NCBI GenBank assembly: GCA_963796055.1
Contig: CAWCKH010000004.1
Location: 1,760,001-1,824,000, forward strand
DNA length: 64,000 bases
Direction: 5' to 3'
Source of the DNA: an uncultured delta proteobacterium
GTDB taxonomy: Bacteria; Myxococcota; Myxococcia; Myxococcales; Myxococcaceae
Each line of letters begins with the position of its first letter. Within the stretch, counting starts at the first letter, position 1. The notes beneath the pieces are model-generated. The model was not told where the DNA came from and ran no database searches. It saw only the letters and a program-made list of their open reading frames with translations. This document shows, piece by piece, positions 59,201 through 64,000 of the stretch. Position numbers and translations under genes: made by a program.

Positions 59201-60761
59201 TCTTCCGCCGGGGACCTTGGTGGCCGGGGACAACACCGTCGAGCTGGTCGCGCCCGGCTCGGCGGACATCTCGCTCGAGCAGTACGTCCGGCTGGTCTAC
59301 CCGCGCTTCACGGTCCGCGGCTCGGGCGCGCTGGAGTTCACCCTCGCCGGAGGAGCTGCCACCCGCCTGGACGGCTTCGATCCGGGGCTCACCCGCGTGC
59401 TGGACATCACCGACCCGGACGCCCCCGTGCGCCTGACGACCTGGGACGAATCGGGAGCTGCGGCGGTGGCTGCACCAGGGTCGGGTTCCCGGCGGCTCTT
59501 GGCCTATCTCCCGACGGACGTGGCGTCCCCGGTTTCGGTGGTGGCCAATCGTCCCAGCAGCTGGCACTCCGCGGAGGGCGCGGACCTGATCATCGTGGGT
59601 CCGGCCTCGCTCCTCCCGGAGGCGCAGGCGCTGGTCGACGCGCGCAGGGCACAGGGCCTTTCGGTGGCGCTGGTGGATGTCGAGGATGTGCAGGACGAGT
59701 TCGCCTCCGGTGAGAAGAGCGCCGATGCCCTGCGTGGCTTCCTCCAGCAGGCGCTGGGGGCCTGGGCGCGGCCACCGCGCTACATTCTCCTGCTCGGCTC
59801 GGCCACCTATGACCCCCGTGACTACCTCAGGCTGGGCGGAGACCTGGTCCCCAGCGGCACCGTGCAGACCGAAGTGCAGATGAACGGGCAGACCGAGGCG
59901 CTCGAGGCAGCCTCGGACAGTTGGTTCCTGGGCGTCCCGGGTGCGGGGGCCCTTAGCATCGGGCGTCTTCCGGTGAGGACTGCGGAGGAGACCCGGGCAG
60001 TGGTGGCGAAGATCGTCGGGCGGCGGGATGCGGATGCGAAGGCGAACGTCCTGCTGGTCTCCGACCGTGCGGGGACCAGCGACTTCCCGGAGATGAGCGC
60101 CGACCTTCGGGCCGTGCTCCCGGACGCCCAGGCGACGGTGCTGGTGCGGGGGTCGGACACGGACCAGGTGCTGCACCAGCGGATGCTGGAAGCACTCCGG
60201 GCCAGTCCGGCCCTGGTGAACTACATCGGCCACGCCGCGGAGACGTTCTGGAGCGACCCCACCGCCCCCCTCTTCAGCGTCGACGACGTGTCCGCGGTCG
60301 CTGGAAACCAGCCCGGCTTGTGGATCGACATGAGCTGCCTCACCGCGTTCTTCCAGGATCCGCGTCGTCAGAGCCTGGACGTCGCGACCTTGTTGGCCTC
60401 CGAAGGTGGGGCCTGGGGCACCTGGGGCAGCACGGCGAAGACCTACCCGGGCGATCACGCAGGCCTGAATCGGGCGCTGGTGCGCGCGCTGCTGATCGAA
60501 GGGAAGACGCTCGGCGAAGCAACTCGTGACGCTCTCGCCTCCGCCACCGACCCGCAAGTGCAGTCGACGTTCGTGCTGCTCGGCGACCCGAGCGCCCGCG
60601 CCGTGGCCACGGCGGCGCTCGAGGTGGCCCCCCCGAAGCCGTCCGCCTCCTCCGGGTGCAGCGCGACTCCCGCTGGGTCCGGCACCCTGGCGCTCCTTGC
60701 CATCGGCCTCTGGTGGGCCGCGGCGCGACGCCGCGTCCGAGTGGGGGTCCGGCGCGAATAG
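56277..60761 (+). CDS. large surface protein with C25 peptidase and MYXO-CTERM-like anchor (copy 2)
   Basis: GTG start after GGAG, signal peptide ending AHA, Gly-rich repeats, VNYIGHA, MSCLT, LLGDPS, SGCSA...TM...RRR. Confidence 0.88.
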   Translation: MRRLIPFALLAVALAAPRAHAVAKTWNGSVNIQWNNGANWTPAGVPTAADDVTINVPGTVRISNNPIAADAVAASLTIGAAVTMNRGNGHILTVTNGINVNSTSDVLIQVPFTAASLSKSGTGNLTLNGAALSGTTPQVSGTVDVTGGTLTLNGGNDLTTGGAVNVSTGATLARNGAGFLNAGGAVTVDGGAMTFAAGGGLAASATVTVMGGGTVSFAGGGGLTSGGAVTVTGGTMSFAAAGGLTSGGGVNVTGGTITFAGGGDLASATSMVTVGAGGTLAFPGNANLGAGDVIVNGGIVSFGGNGDLIATGGVTVTGGGSLSFGGNGDITAQSFTLASGSSFTLNFATGGNPTNINLTGGTGALGGTVNITGTPNAASFNILTGASTVDITGVMLGSAPSGLAFGFRPLGTSTVVLDVTVNPIAPDGTASATGSCPGPMTWQHTISATANDRYLLVGVSTGTSAVTPTAVSFGAQPMGLIASRVNGSSGAFIYGLVAPGRGTGTITVTLPAGPCSVVAGSLSYTGVLQASSTGTAATAAGTGTSASASPSTVQGDKVIAVLASNGATSATPQAGATVRWSAIQGTVLGAGDTASRSGAGTFNVTMSWTLSPSSEFALASVPIHAAAPTRVMEIAASVRRSGTALAVSVRSGPRSDLVGFRVWREAAGQRELLTPGLVEGPVLTSRASLLAGSESGWVDARPVPGANYLIEALHLNGRTTWSRAAPGAGPAPPVASALLASPASAVVVHQPALRVSAAEPVSRRSALVMQGTQWQLAADAAVKMRVSTAGLVRVPAELLFAAGIPVGAAASSIQLFRGGRPVPRTVDASDGVTLRSGDAVEFYGYPMDTRYSGSAVYWLTAGKGVGVEVPSTGWIAPGAATRSYLASAEVRERLTWFGAARNGDAEKFFGPAVHSTARQRTIPVDALDVSGAGARLELAFQGLTEIPHAVSVSVNGLPVASVTFDGNTPHSALVPLPPGTLVAGDNTVELVAPGSADISLEQYVRLVYPRFTVRGSGALEFTLAGGAATRLDGFDPGLTRVLDITDPDAPVRLTTWDESGAAAVAAPGSGSRRLLAYLPTDVASPVSVVANRPSSWHSAEGADLIIVGPASLLPEAQALVDARRAQGLSVALVDVEDVQDEFASGEKSADALRGFLQQALGAWARPPRYILLLGSATYDPRDYLRLGGDLVPSGTVQTEVQMNGQTEALEAASDSWFLGVPGAGALSIGRLPVRTAEETRAVVAKIVGRRDADAKANVLLVSDRAGTSDFPEMSADLRAVLPDAQATVLVRGSDTDQVLHQRMLEALRASPALVNYIGHAAETFWSDPTAPLFSVDDVSAVAGNQPGLWIDMSCLTAFFQDPRRQSLDVATLLASEGGAWGTWGSTAKTYPGDHAGLNRALVRALLIEGKTLGEATRDALASATDPQVQSTFVLLGDPSARAVATAALEVAPPKPSASSGCSATPAGSGTLALLAIGLWWAAARRRVRVGVRRE
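56700..57290 (+). repeat. intragenic tandem 21-22 aa repeats (beta-helix-like)
   Basis: About eight units like LTSGGAVTVTGGTMSFAAAGG; boundaries approximate. Confidence 0.7.
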
Positions 60762-60905
60762 GTCGATTGACCGGGAAGGATCGCCGTGCTCTCGCGCGCC
60801 CGCCGCGCACACCTCGGTAGGTTCGGAGCGTCGACCGCATCCTCGACCGGGGCAGATCGCCCTGCGAAGATGCAGGGCATCGAACCTGCAAACGGCTCGC
60901 CGCTG

Positions 60906-63900
60906 ATGTGGTCTCGAGACAGGCTCCACCGGCGGTGCGGCAGGAGCGCGGCCCGAAGGCCGAGCGCCCGTCGTCCCACGGCACTGCTCTCGTTGGGGCT
61001 GGCGGCAGCGGTGCTGCTGTCGACGGAGGTCCGAGCCGCCGCGGTGAATTGGCAGGCCGGAAGCGGCGCCTGGAACAACGGTGTCAACTGGTCGACGGGG
61101 ACCGTTCCGACCTCGAACGACGACGTCACCATCAATTCGGCGGTCACCGTCCAGGTGAACAACCAGGGCGGCAACGCGGTCGCCCGCACTCTCACCCTCG
61201 GATCGGGCGCGGCCCTGACCCGGGCGAACGGAAGGACGCTCGCGGTCGGTCAGGGCATCAACGTTGCCTCCGGCAACGCCACCCTGAACATTCCCTTCAC
61301 CGCCGGAACCCTCAGCAACACCGGTACCGGCACCCTGACCGTCGGCCAGTCCGGGACCGTGACCGGCAACGTCGGGGTGAGTGACGGGGGAACCCTCGCT
61401 TTTACCGGAACCGCCACTTTGGGCGCCGGAAGCTTCACCCTCGCATCGGGTTCGGCGCTGACCTTGAACTTCTCGAACACGACCACGGTCGCGCTCCTCA
61501 CCGTCTCGGGCAACGCGACGGTGGCCGGGACGCTGAACCTCACCGGCTCCACCCCCAGCCTCGCCGGAAGCCCGTACCACCTCGTCAGGTCCACCGGCGG
61601 CACGATCGACTTCACCGGGCTCTCGCTTGGCACCGTTCCGGGAGGCCGCACCTTCGGGTTCCGCGTCCTGGGAACCGACCTGGTCATGGATGTCACGCAG
61701 AACCCGATCGCGATCGACTCGGTCACCTCGACCACCGGGACCTGCGCCGCGGGGACAGTCAGCTGGCAGCACACCATCGGCGCCACGGCAAACGACCGGC
61801 TGCTGATCGTCGGTGTCTCGACCGGAAGCAACTCGGGCAGCGCGTTGCCCACCTCGGTGAGGTACGGGACCCAGACCCTGACCGCGCGAGGCGGAGACAA
61901 CGCCGGAACCACGCAGGTGCAGATCTACACGCTGCTCGCGCCTCCGCGGGGGACGAACACGGTGACGCTGACCTTTCCGGGAGGCAGCACCTGCTTCGCG
62001 GTTGCGGGCTCGGTCTCCTACACGGGTGTGAGCCAGTCCAACCCGATCGGCGGAGTGGTCAGCGACACCGAGACCGGGAACACCCCGCTGCTGGCGACCA
62101 TCGACGTGAACGTGCAGCCCCATTACAAGGTGTTCGCCGTCCTCTCCTCGAACACCGCGACGTCGGCCACCCCGGTCCAGTCGAACGTGACGGCGCGCTG
62201 GTCCGCGCTCAACGGGACCGAGTTCGGAACCGCCGAGACCCTGGCCTACGGGGGAAACAACAACACCACCATCACTCTCTCGTACAACATGGGCCCGCCC
62301 AGCTCGACCTTCTGGTCGCTCTCGGCCATGCCGATCCACCCGGCGAATCCAAACGCTGCGGCGCCACCCGCGCCCGTCGTCCGGTGGTCGGCCGGGGGTG
62401 CCGCGCTTTCCTGGAGCCTGGACGCCACCTCGGATGTGGTGGGCTTCCGCGTCTGGAGAGAGGCCGCTGGGCAGCGGGTGCTCCTCACGCCGGGGCTCCT
62501 TGCCGGCCCACTGCTCGCCAGCAGGGCGACATTGCTCGCCGGCTCGCAACCCGGATGGGTCGACCGGAGCCCGGTTCCGAGTGCCACGTACCTGGTCGAG
62601 TCACTGCACCGGGACGGAAGCACCCGCTGGACGCCCGCCGTCGCCGGCTCCGGTACGGCTCCTGCCCTCTCCTCGGAGCTCGTCGCGGTTTCTCCCTCGT
62701 CGCTGCTCCGTGCACTGCCAGGGCTGCGGGTCGAGCCTGCCGACCTTCCGGCGCTACCGCCGCGGCCTGGCTCCCGGGAGCTCCAGTGGGAGCTCGCCGC
62801 GGGCCACGCGGTCAAGCTTGTCGTCTCGCGGCCGGGTGTGGTCCGCGTGTCTGCGGAGTCGCTTTTCGCTGCAGAGATTCCGGTCGGAACTCCGGCTTCC
62901 TCGCTCCAGCTGTTCCGCGAGGGGCGCCCGGTTGGCCGCACCGTGCTCACCACAGACGGAGCAACGCTCCAGCCGGGCGACTCGGTCGAGTTCTACGGTC
63001 ATGGGATGGACACGCGGTACTCGGGCTCGGCGGTCTACTGGCTGACCACCGGAGCCGGACGAGGCAGGGAGATCCCAACGGTGTCGGCGCCGTCGCAGGG
63101 TGTCGACACCGGCTCGTTCATGGCCGCGACCGAGATCCGGGAGCGGTTGACCTGGTTCGGCGCGGCCCGGAACGGAGACGCAGAGAAGTTCTTCGGGCCC
63201 GCCGTGCACAGCCAGGCCCGCACGCGGACGATCTCCGCCGAGGGGCTCGACGTCGCCGGCAGCGGAGCGCAGCTGGAGGTCGCGCTCCAGGGCGTCACCG
63301 AGGTGCCTCACGCGGTCAACGTGAGTCTCAACGGTCTGTCGCTCGGAACCCTCTCGTTCGAGGGCGCGGTGCCCGGGCGGGCGACCTTCGGGGTGCCGCC
63401 TGGAGCGCTCATCCCGGGGGACAACGAGATCGAGCTGGTGGCGCCCGCCGCCTCCGACATCTCCCTGGAAGAGTTCGTCCGGCTGGTCTACCCGCGGCAG
63501 ACGCTCCGGGGCTCGGGTGCGCTGGACTTCAGGCTTCAGGGCGGGAGTGCCACGCTCCTCAAGGGCTTCGACCCCACGCTTACGCGGGTCCTCGATGTGA
63601 CCGACCCGGAGGCCCCCGTGCAGCTCGTCACCTGGGACCTCTCCAGCGACGCGGCGGTCGCGGCCCCCGGCTCGGGCCCTCGGCACCTGCTGGCGTACAT
63701 CCCGGGCGATACCACTCCTCCGGCGTCGGTGCGCGTCAACCATCCGAGCAGCTGGCACGCGGCCGAGGGGGCGGACCTGGTCATCGTCGGTCCGGCCGGG
63801 CTCTTCGGTGCAGTGAAGCCCCTGGTGGAGCGGCGGCAGTCGGAGGGGCTGCGGGTGGCCCTGGTGGACATCGAGGACGTCCAGGACGAGTTCGCCTCCG

Positions 63901-64000
63901 GGGAGAAGAGCGCCGAGGCCTTGCGCCGCTTCCTGGCCCAGGCGCTCGAGGCGTGGACGGTCCCGCCCCGATTTCTGTTGCTGCTCGGCGCTGCCACGTA
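60906..64000 (+). CDS. third large C25 peptidase surface protein, truncated by window end (absent from ORF track)
   Basis: LLSLGLAAAVLLSTEVRAAAVNWQAGSGAWNNGVNWS...; same frame reaches DVQDEFASGEKSA...PPRFLLLLGAAT at the window end; start 60870 or 60906. Confidence 0.85.
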   Translation, partial: MWSRDRLHRRCGRSAARRPSARRPTALLSLGLAAAVLLSTEVRAAAVNWQAGSGAWNNGVNWSTGTVPTSNDDVTINSAVTVQVNNQGGNAVARTLTLGSGAALTRANGRTLAVGQGINVASGNATLNIPFTAGTLSNTGTGTLTVGQSGTVTGNVGVSDGGTLAFTGTATLGAGSFTLASGSALTLNFSNTTTVALLTVSGNATVAGTLNLTGSTPSLAGSPYHLVRSTGGTIDFTGLSLGTVPGGRTFGFRVLGTDLVMDVTQNPIAIDSVTSTTGTCAAGTVSWQHTIGATANDRLLIVGVSTGSNSGSALPTSVRYGTQTLTARGGDNAGTTQVQIYTLLAPPRGTNTVTLTFPGGSTCFAVAGSVSYTGVSQSNPIGGVVSDTETGNTPLLATIDVNVQPHYKVFAVLSSNTATSATPVQSNVTARWSALNGTEFGTAETLAYGGNNNTTITLSYNMGPPSSTFWSLSAMPIHPANPNAAAPPAPVVRWSAGGAALSWSLDATSDVVGFRVWREAAGQRVLLTPGLLAGPLLASRATLLAGSQPGWVDRSPVPSATYLVESLHRDGSTRWTPAVAGSGTAPALSSELVAVSPSSLLRALPGLRVEPADLPALPPRPGSRELQWELAAGHAVKLVVSRPGVVRVSAESLFAAEIPVGTPASSLQLFREGRPVGRTVLTTDGATLQPGDSVEFYGHGMDTRYSGSAVYWLTTGAGRGREIPTVSAPSQGVDTGSFMAATEIRERLTWFGAARNGDAEKFFGPAVHSQARTRTISAEGLDVAGSGAQLEVALQGVTEVPHAVNVSLNGLSLGTLSFEGAVPGRATFGVPPGALIPGDNEIELVAPAASDISLEEFVRLVYPRQTLRGSGALDFRLQGGSATLLKGFDPTLTRVLDVTDPEAPVQLVTWDLSSDAAVAAPGSGPRHLLAYIPGDTTPPASVRVNHPSSWHAAEGADLVIVGPAGLFGAVKPLVERRQSEGLRVALVDIEDVQDEFASGEKSAEALRRFLAQALEAWTVPPRFLLLLGAAT

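Overview
Very GC-rich bacterial chromosomal DNA whose gene content resembles Myxococcota (MYXO-CTERM-like C-termini, delta-proteobacterial-type BirA site); this assignment is an inference. The first ~48 kb is mostly housekeeping and accessory genes: fdhE, LysR/O-methyltransferase, DsbD, MacB-type permease, comF with a DUF3857/transglutaminase gene, gpmI, rsfS-rlmH, FetAB-like ABC, radA, the bioB-F-A-D operon with a BirA operator, and a CzcCBA-type RND pump. Two probable selenoprotein genes are missed or truncated by the ORF track: a DedA-rhodanese with CxU (8708-9682) and a SelW/Rdx protein with CxxU (20018-20242), each with a SECIS-like hairpin. The standout is 48.6-64 kb, a tandemly repeated, translationally coupled three-gene module. 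It encodes a PqqD/RRE domain fused to an internal twin-arginine-like leader and a C-C-CC-C-C knottin-like core, a nucleotidyltransferase, and a ~1500-aa surface protein with a beta-strand passenger, a C25 gingipain-like peptidase and a MYXO-CTERM-like anchor. A third C25 gene runs off the window end, and an HprK-related kinase lies 8 kb upstream. This looks like an uncharacterised RiPP-like export/modification system. Also present are REP-like GAGGTGTxTGxCACCTC palindromes, several frameshifted or deleted genes, a His-rich mini-protein, a CTG-start rlmH and a coupled 19-aa sORF. No rRNA, tRNA, CRISPR array or transposase was recognised.
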